The position numbers and the translations under genes were made by a program. A DNA stretch of 64,000 nucleotides from Nymphaea colorata (lineage: Eukaryota): NCBI RefSeq assembly GCF_008831285.2, contig NC_045138.2:32860001-32924000 (forward strand). Reading direction: 5' to 3'. The notes below the pieces were generated by a model, which ran no database searches, had not been told where the DNA came from, and saw only the letters and a program-made list of their open reading frames with translations. Positions 1-14,250 of the stretch are shown here, one piece after another (the stretch's first letter is position 1; each line of letters begins with the position of its first letter).

Positions 1-432
1 CTGTTCTTTTTTAGTTTTTGTTGAGCGTACATTTTAAATCTCAAATCTCATGTTGGATATAGATTAAGTGCGCCATTTGATTATGTTAATTATATTCTAA
101 GTTGATATAGTATTCTTAAGGGAGTGGTTCTGGTTGTTGAGGACTTCGATTGTGATAAGAACTATTGCTGGGGGGATTTTTTTTTGGCAGGAGAAAATGC
201 TATTCTATAGTACACTTAAAATTTAAATGTTATTATGCCTAAAAATGGAACCTGAAGGCGTTTTGGGCTTATGTGGTTTAGTTTTAAATGTTCAACCCCT
301 TAAATCTGATATTGCTTCTTGTCCATCCATCTCTGGCCATCCCCTATCCCAATGTCCTAGGAAGATGACTTCTCGCATGACCTTCAAGGACAAAAAGCCT
401 TTTTCCTCTTTGTTAAGAAAATACGGATGGAA
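1..432. repeat. Segmental duplicate (copy 1 of a 3-copy block; truncated by window edge)
   Basis: Near-identical to ~12100-12510 (direct) and ~25376-25800 (inverted), e.g. gagcgtacattttaaatctcaaatctcatgttgg...gaagatgacttctcgcatgacc. Confidence 0.9.
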
Positions 433-3400
433 AACCTGTTTTGCGGTATAACTCATGGAGAATGATTTAGTCGATATAATGTCCCTATGATAGCGGTTAG
501 GACAGAGGAGCATTGGAGATGTGGATTTGCTATGATGTTCTGGTTAAAGCATTGAAAGCAGCTTGTTTTAAACATATGAAAATTTTCATATTTTGTCATT
601 GTGAATCCCATTAGTTGTCATTAGAGACTGTAGATGGCTGATGAGGCTTCTTTTTTAGAATAAAGAGAAGATAGAGCATGAGAGTTCCATGAAGCGAGCT
701 GCGTGCTTGACTTGGAGTTAGCATGCAAAAGAACAAAAGGGAGTTGGCAAAGGAAGAAAAGAAGGACTAGCCTTATGTTTCTGTGGATCTCATTTTCAAT
801 TTCTCAAATGTTGTTGATGAGGCCACAATTTTGGAGAATCCAACTGACTACTCTTTTCTGGCATGATGAGATGTACTCCATATTGTTGGTTCTGTGGCTT
901 TTTAAGTAATATCAGACAATTCGCTTGTCAAAAGTTATAGAATGTAAAATATACTGATGGTGGCTGGCTTGTGTGCCGTGAAGCTGCAGATCTGTCTGTG
1001 ATGCCTCCTACTGCAAAGGTCATGGATTTAGTATTTGGCTGCTATTAAAGAATCATTCGGTGGCTGAGACATGATAATTAAGTTGTACAACCTAGCCACA
1101 GTTGTTTACTCAGTTAAATTTGAACTTTGTTCATATTGATTCCAGATTGAAACATTCTTGACGGATGCCGTTTTTTTTGTTGTCAAAATTACATTTGGTT
1201 TTTGTAATATCTTTAATTGATTGGAATAGTGCGCTCCAATTGAAATCGTGTCTTTGCTTGAATTTGGTCTCTTCCTGGACCTTACATGAACATTGTTGCT
1301 TTAGATCTGTAAGCAAAAAGGTCATTTACTGGCTTGGTTCCTTTTTCCTTCTTACAGGTGGATCAAGTCACTGGAGTGGTCCTGTGTCTGCATTATGAAA
1401 AGGGAAGAGATCTTCTGGTCATTTCAAGTGTACAGATAGCAGAGGCGGTATTAAATGTGTGATATATGTGAACCCACCTAGGAGTACCATCCCTGTGGAC
1501 AAGTCCGGGTCTGCCTTACTCCATTTTAGTAGGCTAAATGCTACAGAGACTGGATGAAACGGGAATGAAGTGTTTTATGTGATAATGTAATTCTTAGTTT
1601 GTCCCTTGTCGCCAGGAAAATAGGGTATGTTCTGTTTGGCCTTGAAAGATTAATTAAATGGTTTACGCGTGCATATCAATCTGTATAATTGTTGTTCCGT
1701 GCATGTGTTCCATGTTTGTCTGTGCATGTTGTGTGTGTGCGCCTCTTTTTCTTTTTACTGTACAATGAAATGACTAATTATACTTCACAAACCTAATGGT
1801 ACCTAATCTAATTAATTGCTTAACTGTTCTTAAGTAAGAACTCTTAAGAAGGAGCGGTAGTGGATATTATGGATAGGTTCCATCTTAGCAAGATCAATCT
1901 TAGTGTATCTCTTCTAAACTTCATAAGTTCGTAACCCTCCAGAATCAGATCTGATCCTTCTATGGCACTTGCAAATGTTGCATAACAGTAGCCTGCTATG
2001 GGGAGAGGTAATCACGCTTTCAAAGATGTGTACAACAATAGCAGTTCCAGGAGTTCAACTTTTGTCTCACTTGCTTAAGAAAATGATAACCTTGTTAACA
2101 GCTCGAGAGTAATCTTGCCAATAAGCTAATACCTTATCCTAGGTCCAGAAAAGACTTGCTGCATTAAAATGGTGTACATATGGTTATGAATGTTAATATA
2201 TTTGTGTACATATGCATGCTAATATTATGGTCAGCGGTGAAAGGTGCTAATTTGGCCTTCTAAGCATCTGGGCCTCTTAACATCCATGAATTCTCAGATG
2301 AGAACATATGTCCGTAAATTTAAAAATATTTTGTTGCCAATAAAGCTACTGACATTTTACAAACGAACGACATTTAGCTCTTGCACTTGGATGAATTTGA
2401 AAGCTTCTCAAGTGTTCTCATCACTGAAGGTTATCTTTTGACTGGCAGGAAAGCACAGCTATACCGGTGATTACTGGTCGACACCGGTTATTTGCCATCT
2501 TTCTCCTTTTCTATAAAGGCCTCCTATCCTGATGGTCGCATGTCTTATATTGGCTACAAATTGTTTCATTAAGCCTCACAATTAACAAAAAGTCCATTTG
2601 AAGAATACAAACCAAAATCAAACTGCATAGTTACCTGTAGAGCCAAACACTTCAAATTTTGGTATAAAACTAATGCTTTTATTTTTCTTGGGCACCTAGC
2701 AGTAACCCATGTAGCATGAAAAAGTTTAGCCTCTCAAGGTATCTCTCCAGTCTAAGTGAAGAATCTTTACTGAGGCACATTTAGCTACAAGTAAATCAGA
2801 TGCATGCCATGCACATATGACATATAATAGAGGTATATGATATTTTTCAGTGACAACTGCATCCATATAAAGGCATTCAACTTTTGAAAACAATCATGCA
2901 GAATTTAATTTCATCAATTAGTAGAGGACAAGATTCGGTCCCAAAGAAGAGATGTCATGAATCATAACCAAAATTAGAAACAGACCTTGGAAGATTTGCA
3001 GGAATTTTGTGAGGATGCACAAAAGGTTTAGTGTTGACACTGGGTGCCTGCTAGCTTTTGGCCTGCTACTAATGAATGACTCTCAATTAGTTCAACACTT
3101 AATTTACTGTACGAGTTGCCATTGATGCTTCCAACCTTCCATTCTTATTTGCTAGCCATTAGCTTGAGATGCTTGCGCTGGAGGACCTTGCACAAGATCC
3201 TTCATAATTACAACAAATCGTTGTTTATCATTCATACAGACAAAAGAAACCTGATATGTAACGGATCCCAGTTAAGCAGGTTTAACCAAACCACCTTCTA
3301 CTCCAATCACGTCAAAATTGCATCAATGGAGAAGAACTGCCTTGCAACGAATCCAGTTGCAAAAACCTATCTATTCAGAGTTCCACCTGAACTTCCATCA

Positions 3401-3670
3401 TTTGTGATGCAGCTGATCTTTCCTCATCTAGTTCTGTTAGGATCCAACAGTCAATGGAGTCGTCTTCCTCCCCATTATTACCCACAGCATAAACCTCAAA
3501 CCATAAGTCCCAATTTCATAAAGGTGTCAACAGTAAAAAGTAGAAAGAATAAGCCTTAGGTAGAAATGAAAGTGGAGACGAAGAGAGATGAAACCCTTAA
3601 TGACAAAGTAAAAGGACAAGGGGAAATAAAAGCAGGCCAAACCAATCATGAATTTATCTACCAATAACCA

Positions 3671-3783
3671 TAGGGTGGTGCTAGGATTTTTTTTAGGAGC
3701 CCGCTAAACAATTCACAGGTCGGGTCAAAAAGAGCGACGAGTCGGGCCAAACTAAAAAAATTTGACCCCCTCCCTCCGCCCTG
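3671..3783. mobile_element. Degenerate hAT-type MITE
   Basis: Shares cgggccaaactaaaaaaa and the ctccctccgccctg end with the intact MITE at 48191-48395. Confidence 0.6.
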
Positions 3784-4881
3784 CATGACCAGCCATCTCC
3801 ATGGTCTGCATTGGTTCTTTGTTTCTACCGGTGATCTCTAGCAGCAGCAGCAATTAGAAGGGCGGATAACCAGAGGAATGCAAGGAGGGCAGACGGCCAG
3901 AGACGCCGGAGGGACATGATTTCCGCACAAAGAGAGAAAGAGGGAGGGGTGGAAGAGAGAGAGGTCGCGGCGAATATCATTAATCCATCCGATTCGATAC
4001 AGAAACCAATTATTCTACAACATTGCCCAACAGAAAAAAAATTAATTCTGAATGAAAAAAGCAGGCAATTATCATACGGATTCAGATATCACCTATAGAG
4101 ACAACTCCTCGAATGCATCGCGGGCTTCAAGATATTTGACGAGATTTTTAGATCTCAAGTTTTCTTTATATCCAACAAAACAATCCGATGATCAACCAGA
4201 TTAGCAAGTAATCTCGGGTCCTATCTTGTCTGGGCCGGCTTCTCAATATTAACCCGATTGTTCACTAATGTCTGTTTTACATATTCGTATGGATCCTGCC
4301 TCCACTATTATCAGGATTTTAGTTATACAATGACTATAAATAAAAAATGCATTTTCTTATTTTAGATTATCGCATCTAATTAACTTCACCAGTAGACCAT
4401 TATTAACTCCCATTTCTAATACCCAAAATCACAGCTACTTCACAATGCTCGTGAATTGGCATTCGGCAATTTTTACAGAACCTAAAAATGTGACTTCTAT
4501 ATAAGTTCAACTGAGAATACACGTGATATAAAGGCATGGGCCATGGGGTGGGTACCCGTCCGGTACCCGGTATCTGGTTCGATCTGACTCAATAATAATT
4601 AAAAAATATCTTTATTATTTTTAATTTAATAATATATATTTTATTATTAAAAATATATTTTACATTATACAATTTATTTTATAATTTAAAAAATACTTTT
4701 TATTATCAAACTCACCCTAATTAATATATATATATATATATCTGGTGTGGTCAGATCGCTATTTTATAATTTTTTCTGTTGCTAAAAGCAGTAGTCAGTC
4801 ATTGCAAATGCACCTTTTATGATGACGCTTAACAACATAAAATAAAAAATAACCATCCGACCATAGAGATAACCAGTTGAT

Positions 4882-4884
<3 letters not shown>

Positions 4885-4942
<58 letters not shown>
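4885..4942. repeat. (AT)n microsatellite
   Basis: Uninterrupted TA dinucleotide run. Confidence 0.95.
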
Positions 4943-4944
<2 letters not shown>

Positions 4945-5797
4945 GTACCTTACGCAATCTGGTGGAATGATAAAATAATAAAAAAATGTGAAAAACTTTG
5001 GTTTTAGAGAGAGAGAAAAAAGGAGGGGGAGAGAGGGCGGGACATGGCATTTATTTTCCAGTTATTTCAAGTAGGGAAAGATGCTGTGAATTCCATTTTT
5101 CCTTTTTTTCTTTTTTACAAACCCAAAAATCCTCTCTCCTTAAAATGCGAAATTCGCTAGTCCATCTATGAGATTGGGACATCTATTTCCAATGCCACCA
5201 ATAAGGAGGGTATAGATTTCTGTTGCCACTGTTTTGGACCCCAAAAGATATCTAAGATCTCAGCCTTAACATTGGAAATCTTTTTCTCAACTCCAGGGGA
5301 AAGCATCATATACTTATTCCTTTACCATATAATCACAAATAGGGCATTCACTAAGTTCACGCCCGAGTATAACATATCTGACCGAACGCCCCGAAAGTCC
5401 CATTCTGGTAGCAATAACTTTGTGAATATATATCACCAAATTGATCGGACGCCATGACTTCAAAGCAAAAAGATGGTCCTTCTATATATATCTACACATG
5501 CAGGGGGTGGTGACGCATATGAGGCATCTTCTAATATCATTACTTGGTTTAAAAATTAATGTAAGGAATCACATCCCATATAAAGAGCAAGGGCGTGCAT
5601 GGACATGTAAGGGAAGTGTCGAATGCAGAGATCTTAGGTGCATCACTCTGCTCTTTCACTCCCTACAAATTCTTACACAGCACCTGTTTCATTCCCAGCC
5701 ATTTCTGATTTTATCATTCATTCCGGAGAGGGAATATTGAAATTCCATACTATAGCAGGAGGAGGAGCCGAGAGGGAGAGAGAAGAGTGTGAGAGAG

Positions 5798-8101
5798 ATG
5801 GCCTCCCGTCTGCAAAGACTAGAAGAGGAGACAGAAGAAAAGGAGGAACAAGGTGCAGAACCAAGCAGGGAAGATGGAGTAGGGGAAGAAAAGAGCGAGT
5901 TGGAAGCAGTAGGCGTGGAAGAAGGTGAGGTCATGAGTGTGACAGATGAAGTACCATCTAATGGAGATGCAGAACGAAATCAACAAGACAGGGAGGGGAA
6001 GGAGAAGAAAAATAGTGATCTCGACATGGAGCAAGAAAGAGAAAAAGAACGGAAACCATTTTCGTTGATGCCTGCGAGGCATTATACGCGTTCTAATATG
6101 CCTAGACTTCGTTGGACTCCGGACTTGCACCGGCTTTTCCTGCATGCAATCGCAAGACTCGGTGGCCAAGATTGTGAGCAAATTTCAAAATTTTCTTTTT
6201 CTTTTGTTCTTTCTACGGCTCTACGTCTCCCTCTCGGGTGCGCATGCACGTTTGTGTGTGTGAAACATCAGGATGGACTCATTCTTTATAAGTATGTGCG
6301 TGTGATATTGTGACAAGGGGGTTGGTCCGCGGGTTGGGCCAAGAGTGTAAGAGTGAGCGCAGGAAAAAAAAAATTATATTGAAAAAACTTTTTTCCTCCT
6401 GGCTCGACCCGCGGACCGTTTAACCCACCCTTAAAAAAAATCCGAGCTCCGCCTCTGACGGATGGATAGCCCGAGGAATTCAATACCATCCGATGTACAT
6501 ATGAGTCATTGGTTTGTTCTTCATGATTGAAAAATTTTTGGATTATATAGCGGTGTTGGATACTTTGATGATATGTTATTCTGTTTGGTAGGCGCAACAC
6601 CAAAGGCGATTTTAGAAGCAATGAATATGAAAGGGTTAACTTTGGGCCATATTAAAAGTCATCTGCAGGTGAATAACATTCTAATACGATCCGATGAAAT
6701 TACTTCCGCTAGAATATTTAATTTAGTTGTTTCAATGTGATTCGTTCTTATAATATTTCTTTCTTTCTTTTGCTCACTCCAGATGTACAGGAGCAAGAGG
6801 GCGAATGAGATCGAACAGGGTACACACAGACTCTCTCTCTCTCTCTCTCTCTCTCAAAGGGCATTTAATGAATGGATCGCTGGGTTCTTTAAGTGCACTT
6901 TTCTTCGGCAGAAAGCCCAGAGAAAACATTTAGTAGCTGCCTGCAAGAAGAAAACTAATTTATTTCAATATTTGTGTAAATGGTAGATCTAAATCAATTG
7001 CAACGCCCGCAGGGAAATGGGACTTTCGGAATGAGCGTGTGCAAATATATATGCATCGTTCAGTGGGAGGTATCGACAACAATAATCTTCTCACCAATGT
7101 GCAACACTCTGCCCAATCCTTGTTTACTCACCGGCCAATGCCATCTCTTAGGTAATCGAAAGCCAACTTCAATTTACTTTTCCCATTTAGACTTTACTCT
7201 CTTTTATATGCACATGTATATATATATATATATATATATATAAACATTGGTCTTGCTCTCTCTCCCTGTAAAGTGGTGCAGCCTTCCAAGGAAGTGCTCA
7301 AAGTCATTTTAGTTTTGGACCATTTGGTGAGGCCCCAAGAATCAACTTACATGGCAACAGTGCTGCTAAGGATCATCAGCTGCTAAAACAACCATGGGTT
7401 CGCTCTGTTCGAGAAAGCCCAACTCCTGGTACCTGTATTCTGCAAAATCCACCCACCACATCAAGCGATGGAAGTCTCTTGGCGCGGCTGATGAAGAATA
7501 AAAGACGATTTTATGAATGCAGCGCTGGTGAAGGAGAAGAAGCTTCTCAGGATCTTCGTCATCTTGCCCTACCCACAAGATGTAACGCTACCAATTCTAC
7601 GGGGTCGTTGGAGCTGTTTCCTTTAGAAGCAGGCTCGAGTAATAACAAGGTACTTTGGCGCTTCTTGGAATTCTTTTGCGGGAACTTTGTTCTTTCCCAT
7701 TATTTCTGGCTCATTCAAACCCATGGTTTGTTGAAGCATGTAGAAGCTTCAAAGAGACCATAACTACATTGCTGTCATATGAACAGATTCCTCAAGGCAA
7801 ATACAAGAAGACGGCAATCGACTCTCTGCTGCCGAACCTGCAGTTAGGCCTCGCTCCACCACAAATACCACGGGATGGACAGGCGAACAATCATACAAGA
7901 ACTGCACGTGAGGAACAAAGCGGCCATTCTTTTTCATTGTTTTCTCCCACTTTCTCTCGCCCTCATGTGTGTCACGGCAAAGAAAAAAATGACGCAACGG
8001 AGGACAGAGAACATGTGAACTTGGAACTGAGCATTTCTTTCAAGTCACAGAAAGTAAGGGTGGAGGCAGAGTTGAATAATTCAACAATGGCATTGAAATA
8101 A
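5798..8101 (+). CDS. GARP/G2-like MYB (SHAQKYF-class, SHLQMYR type) transcription factor; 5 exons approx. 5798-6173, 6592-6668, 6783-6819, 7282-7649, 7787-8101
   Basis: Spliced translation gives YTRSNMPRLRWTPDLHRLFLHAIARLGGQD-CATPKAILEAMNMKGLTLGHIKSHLQ-MYRSKR. It has the 77-bp second exon typical of the family, in-frame GT-AG introns, an acidic N-terminus and C-terminal LQLGL / NLELSI EAR-like motifs. Confidence 0.9.
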
Positions 8102-8484
8102 GAGGGCAAGTTTCTTTCTCTTGGCACTGTAGCAGGAATACTGCAATAGTTTGTATCTCGTGAGAATCACGAACATGAAAAAGAAAAACAGAACTCACTG
8201 TTTTTTGGTTTACTTCCATGAGAGCTTGTGTTTTTGTTAGTGTTCATAATTTGTTGTGTAAGAGATATAATTGTTTTCCTCATTTAAGCAGCGTATTTGC
8301 TTTTGGAGGATTCCTTGTCAAAATAAATTCTCTTGCCGTCTTTTTCCAATCTGGTGATGCCAAACTTGTGGCTATTTCTGGTCCCAGATGTAAAGGATCC
8401 TTTACATTTTAATGAATTAAAACTGGGATTCCGATCCGGAGGAAATACAAATTAATTAAACTGTAATTCATACACAAATTAATT

Positions 8485-8915
8485 GTGCCACTTAGCAGGA
8501 GATTCATGGGTGAGTCTTTTCAGCAATCGTGGAAGAGGTCCAGAGGCTTTGTGTTTATTTCACCACCATTGATGAAATATGACAATTCTAATAGAATCAC
8601 GATACTTAAAGCTGGCCGATTCAAAATCGACAATGCTTTCAATGGATCTCAACAGCTCTCTTCGTATTATTGCGTGGATCTGAGCATGCACTGTTTGTGT
8701 TCTTTTCGCTAGGGTTTCATCGGAGAGGTAAAACCCAATGGATGACTCAAAAATTTGATGCGATTAGTCGGATCTCGTGAAATTAAATAATGGGGGATCA
8801 TACTCCTGCCCGATTTGGATTCTGTTTTAGAAATTCAAGTGATCCACATCTGAGTGGGAGTGACCAAAATCTGATTAAGGAGGATCTGACTAATTGTTTT
8901 CTAGCTAGAGATCTG
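8485..8915. repeat. Duplicated segment (second copy ~15340-15730; diverged partial copies ~21900-22010 and ~29775-29885)
   Basis: Shared tcttttcagcaatcgtggaagaggtccagagg...gctagagatctg. Confidence 0.8.
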
Positions 8916-9126
8916 TTCACTGCAACAATTGTATATTGATTCGCCTTATTTTAAGCATTATCAACAAATTCAGCTTAGGAGTTGAACTCGAATAGGGGTC
9001 CGCTCCAAGCTGAAACCCCTTAATCTCACTCCATTGTTTAATCAGGTAACTGCTAACTCTAAGCTATTTTAATAGATCCATGGTTGGATCTATCTCCTCC
9101 CTCCACCCCTCACTATCACTTTCTAA

Positions 9127-9359
9127 TATGGGTGGGCGCCAGGCCGGGCTGCCGGCGGGGGCCCGGTACCAAGGCCTGGTAATATTAAAAAAATATTTTT
9201 ATATTTTAAATTTAATAATATTTTTTTATTATTTAAAATATAATTTATATTTAAAAAATTATTTTATAGTTTAAAAAGAATTTTTTTTTATTGTAACAGG
9301 CCTAGGCCATAGTTTCGGGCCAGTCGGGCCAACCCGGCCCCGTCACATGCCCACCCCTA
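9127..9359. mobile_element. hAT-type MITE
   Basis: Termini TATGGGTGGGC / GCCCACCCCTA, AT-rich core, 8-bp TSD CTTTCTAA / GTTTCTAA (1 mismatch). Confidence 0.8.
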
Positions 9360-11419
9360 GTTTCTAATATGCATGGAAGAGAAGAATTTTGGAAGCATAA
9401 TTTGATAACCGATTAATGTAACATAGTGCTGACTGGTAAAGAATCATATTTTTAGGTGCTATTAGGCCTGGGCGTCGGGCCGGGTCCGAGTTGAAGAAAT
9501 TTCTTATCAGGTTGAACTTGAGTGCGTCCGATGCAGCCCGAGATCTTAATGGGCCGGGCCCGGTTATCACTTCTATAGCCCGGCCCAGCTCGACGGCCCG
9601 TTAGGTCATGAGAACGCAACGCAGGCCTCCCGCTCCCCTAATCGTATTTTCCATCATGGGATGCAGAGCCGTAGAGACAGGGAGAGATTTTTCGGAGATA
9701 ACCGGGCCACACCCAGCCAGTCCGCCACCGCCACGGCGCCACCGTCTCCGCTCCACCATTGGGCCACCCACCACCGTCGCCCTTTCGCCGCTCCGCAGCC
9801 ATCGCCCTTTTGCTTTGTGAAGGTACACGCTGCTCACTGAAAACATGCAATTTTGGAGTCAGATGGATGTATTCATGGATTTGAGTGTAAAGTTTTGGCA
9901 TTTATTGTTGTGCTGATCGGATAGGGTGAGAAATGTGTAGGTTTGTATGTTAGTTTTGTGTACATCTGAATAAGTTCCATTTTTGGTGTTTTTTTTTACA
10001 TGTGTACCCATCTGTTTGGAATGACTGCAGAGATTGAGGGTCTTTAGAAAGAGGATTTGTTGTCCTTTTATGTGATTATGCTGATCTGAGAAATTTTGAA
10101 TATGGGATAGATTCTTTGCTTTAGCTTGATTGGAGTTATGTTCCTGTTTCTGTGCTTCTGAGAGGTTTGTTTTGTTGCTTAAGTTCTCAGTGATGAACAA
10201 AGTTTAGAGGGAGACAATCATGCAGTCTTTTTTTCTGATAAAGTGGCGAAGTATTAGGTTTTGGTTTACTTCAACGCAGTCAATTTGGTATTAGGGATGC
10301 GTGAATAAATGGTAGGTAAGGACATGGTTGGGGTTTCAAGTCCTATTACCAAGTATCAAGTGCTTCAAACAAAAACCATCTGTCATGGTCTGTATTCTTT
10401 TGTGTGGGATTGGCGATGTTAATTGTTGCATCATGTCTCCCGGTTGGTTGGTCTGTATCTTGTGCCTGAAGATAGAGCTGCAAATTCTATTACAAACGAA
10501 ATTCAATGTGTCTGTGTAATTAGCATTTTCTTCTCTATTTTCAGCTTGGATATAGATACCGGATATAAATTTAACAATTCTGAAGCACTTTTACATAAAT
10601 TGTTATGCTAAATTTGGAATTGCTACAAGAGGATATTTAGGAAAAAGTTTGTTTAGTTTACCTTTCACCGTCGTTCTCCTCCATCTGTCTTCGCGCTTCC
10701 TCTACTTTCAATCTCACCGCCGTTCTCCTCTACCTTTTTTGCTCTAATGATGGTGAGAATGAAAATATGAAATGAAGGTTTTGCCCTAACATAAATAATT
10801 TTTTTTTAAAAAAAAAAAAATTTAAGTTACTGATGGCCTTCTCAGGATTACATTCGCTCGCAAGCTCGAGCCCAAGCCCGACCCATTAAGTACCAAACAG
10901 TGTGGGGCCCTATAAGATAAGACCGTTAATAAATTTTTTAGGGCCTAAGCCCTAGCCCGAGTTGGGTCAGGTACCGGGTACCCGGCGGTGGCCCAACCCG
11001 GTGCCCAGACTTAACTATTAAAAGACGGCACACGGCTAAGAAAACCATACCGTCAGAATCTGGCCTGTCTTCCATTGTTGACGTTGCTTCTAAAACCTCT
11101 GTAAAGCTTAGTAGATCCCACATCATGCACCAGGTTTCTATATACAATGTGAGAAAAAGATAATAGAGAGAGCTACATAGTGAGGTTGGGTGCTATGCGC
11201 TCTGCAAAATTGAAAACGTTTACGCACTTCTCGGAAAAAAAAGGTCGATCGAACCCCTAATGCCGGCTCAAAACGGATCGGATATTCGTTGTAATTAGAT
11301 TTCCACTAAATTCGTTAAGTCAATTCGACGCCGAATTCAAGGTGAATAAATAGATCTAGGTTTGATTTATTACTTTCAAACTGAATCTGACTGATATGGT
11401 ATTCGAGCAGAGATAAATG

Positions 11420-12510
11420 GCCGCAGAGCATGGTAAATTGAGAAAGACATAAATATAAACTACTGATACCAAATTTGGTATATACATAGAACCTTTCTAG
11501 AATCGAAACAAAGAAAACCAATGTATCCAGTGCGGCTTCCTTCTCTCTTAGAGCCATTTGCAGGACGCCATTTTCAGTTTTCCAGAAATTATTTTCATGA
11601 AGTGACCAAAAGAGATTTTCATGAGTTCTAATTAGGTAACTATCTTATTAGTGATAAGAACACGTAGCCACTCGATGGTCGCCAGAACAAAGTGAACAAA
11701 AGAGGGCGCCTGTGAACAAGCTTCCTGCACACAGCAGCTATGCAACTCATCGAACGCGGGTTCTGAACAAAATTCTGCAACTCATATCAATTCAGGTTTT
11801 TCCTTTGTGCTTTGTTGAAAATTTCCATTGACAGTATCCAGTAACGACTTTGCGTTAGCAATTAAACATGTTTCCGGTAGAACCTTGAAAGTTGAAACCC
11901 TATTGGAAGCGTTTTTCATTTTGGTTTTCAAGAGGCGGACAATTTCACAAGATGAAGAGCTGGAGTTGCTTTTTGCAGGGCTCTCTTTATGAAAACCAAC
12001 ACATTTTTCTAATGCTGGTAAGTTTGCTTCTTTTAGCGTAAGCCACGAAGCCATAGCTTCTCTTACATTTCCGTGGTAAACATGGCATGTGGGCCTCTCT
12101 TCTTTTTTTGTTTTTGTTGAGCGTACATTTTAAATCTCAAATCTCATGTTGGATATAGATTAAGTGCGCCATTTGATTATGTTAATTATATTCTAAGTTG
12201 ATATAGTATTCTTAAGGGAGTGGTTCTGGTTGTTGAGGACTTCGATTGTGATAAGAACTATTGCTGGGGGGAATTTTTTTTTGGCAGGAGAAAATGCTAT
12301 TCTATAGTACACTTAAAATTTAAATGTTATTATGCCTAAAAATGGAACCTGAAAGCGTTCTGGACTTATGTGGTTTAGTTTTAAAATATTCAACCCCTTA
12401 AATCTGATATTCCTTCTTGTCCATCCGTCTCTAGCCATCCCCTATCCCAATGTCCTAGGAAGATGACTTCTCGCATGACCGTCAAGAACAAAAAGCCTTC
12501 TTCCTCTTCC
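11420..12510. repeat. ~1.1 kb block duplicated in inverted orientation at ~25376-26473
   Basis: Reverse-complement match over its length; the ORF track shows the same EKCVGFHKESPAKSNSSSSSCEIVR-encoding sequence here on the minus strand. Confidence 0.9.
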
Positions 12511-13325
12511 TCATAAATCAATCTCATATCTTCCAGAACTCTGTCCATTCATTAAACTACAAACGTCCAAATTACTAATAGAACAATGCATGTAGAATTT
12601 TAGTGGTAATTCATTTCAATGGGGTTTAGCTCATTAGCATTAGCAGAAAATTTGGTTTGAGGGACACTAATTCAATAACTTTTGATATCCTATATACAAA
12701 TAATCAAATATTCTGAAATAATAATATAAAAACAAACATATTTTGTAAGGTGGGTATAGGCAACTGCCTACACCATACCCCATGAAGCTCCGCCAGTGGT
12801 TTAGCCTGAAGGTATTCGAACCAAATCAAAGCCTCGCCAACTGACAGAGCCTATAAAAGAATCCCTAGGTACATAAGTAATCCTCTTTTTGTAGCACTTT
12901 TTCTTGGTTCAGGGGGTCCATAAACGTAGCCTAACCTAAATATAGGTTTATTCCCCATCAAACATGACCTTAATATATATATATATATAGTTGAGAATGT
13001 CAGTTGGGCGAGGCTTTGATTTGGTTCGAATACCTCCAAGCTAAATCAGTGGCGGAGCCACATGGGGTTTGGTGTAGGCCTGCCTTACAAAATATGTTTA
13101 TTTTTATATTATTATTTTGGAATATTTGATTATTTGTATATAGGATATCAAAAGTTATTGAATTAGTGTCCCTCAAACCAAATTTTCTGGTAATGCTAAT
13201 GAGCTAAGCCCCATTGTTGAAATGAATTACCACTAAAATTCTACGTGCATTGTTCTCTTAGTAATTTGGACTTTTGTAGTTTAATGAATGGACAGAGTTC
13301 TGGAAGATATGGGATTGATTTATGA
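12511..13325. repeat. Long inverted repeat: arms ~12511-12846 and ~12998-13325, ~150-nt spacer
   Basis: tcataaatcaatctcatatcttccagaactctgtccattc... pairs with ...gaatggacagagttctggaagatatgggattgatttatga. Confidence 0.9.
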
Positions 13326-13949
13326 TTTTGTGAATTGACATCATGTAAAGACAAGACGCAAGTATGTGACTTAAGACAAACTTCAGCCCATATATATATA
13401 TATATATGAATTTAACCCAAATATGTTACTTTTTAAACACGTAGCAACTCATTAGTTAGTGTTTTGACTTCAAGATTATTGTTTCAGCCCATTATGTGCA
13501 TGCAGTAAAGCTTTAGCAAAGCTATTAGAAGACGACACACTGCCTAAAAGAGAAGGAAACCATACCATTAGAATCTGGCCTGTCTTCCATTGTTGACGTT
13601 GCTTCTAAAACCTCTGTAAAGCTTTGTAGATCCCACATCGTGCACTAGGTTTTTATATACAGTGTGAGAGAGATAGAGAGAACTACATGGTGAGGTTGGG
13701 TGCTATACTGGTATGGAATTACTTTACTAAGAGAAGCATAAGGAGAAAAAATTACTCTTTATCTTTTTTTTTCTTCTTTTTTCCCTTTCGACTGTCCATC
13801 TTGAACCATCTACCTTGAAAAGATGGATGACAAACGATTCTTCACAAGTTTAGCACCTAAAAATATGATTCTTTACCAGTCAGGTTCAGCACCATGTTAT
13901 TAATCGGTTATCAAATTATGCTACGAAAATTCTTCTCTTTTATGCATAT

Positions 13950-14250
13950 CATTCATTAAGGAGAAAACAATGTTGAAATTCCATAGGATAGCAGGAGGAG
14001 GAATTGAGGGCAGAGAGAAGAGAGAGAGAGAGCTGGAGATGGCGATGGCCTCCCATTTACAGAGACTGGATGAGAAGACAGAAGGAAAGAAAGAGAAAAT
14101 TGCAGAACCAAGTAGAGAAGATGGTGCGGGTGAAGAAAGAGGGAGCTAACAGTAGGTGTGGAAGAAGTTGAGCTAGGCAAAGTCCTGAGATACGCCGTCG
14201 GTCCGTGGAGATGATGCACAGAAAGTTGAAGAAGACAAGGAGGGGAATGC
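13950..14250 (+). pseudogene. Diverged fragment of GARP-MYB 5' leader/exon 1 (copy A)
   Basis: tgaaattccata..atagcaggaggagga...gatggcctcccatttacagagactgga resembles 5738-5960; no MYB domain, frame disrupted. Confidence 0.7.

Noticed and set aside
227..513. Repeated short ORFs (also 25238-25581, 14205-14800, 19735-20316, 27632-28160)
   Set aside because: They recur only because the DNA is duplicated; frames and ends differ between copies; no domains
13630..13660. USE-like ATCCCACATCG plus TATA
   Set aside because: Spacing only ~12 nt, and paralogous copies (~11115, ~26613) read ATCCCACATCA
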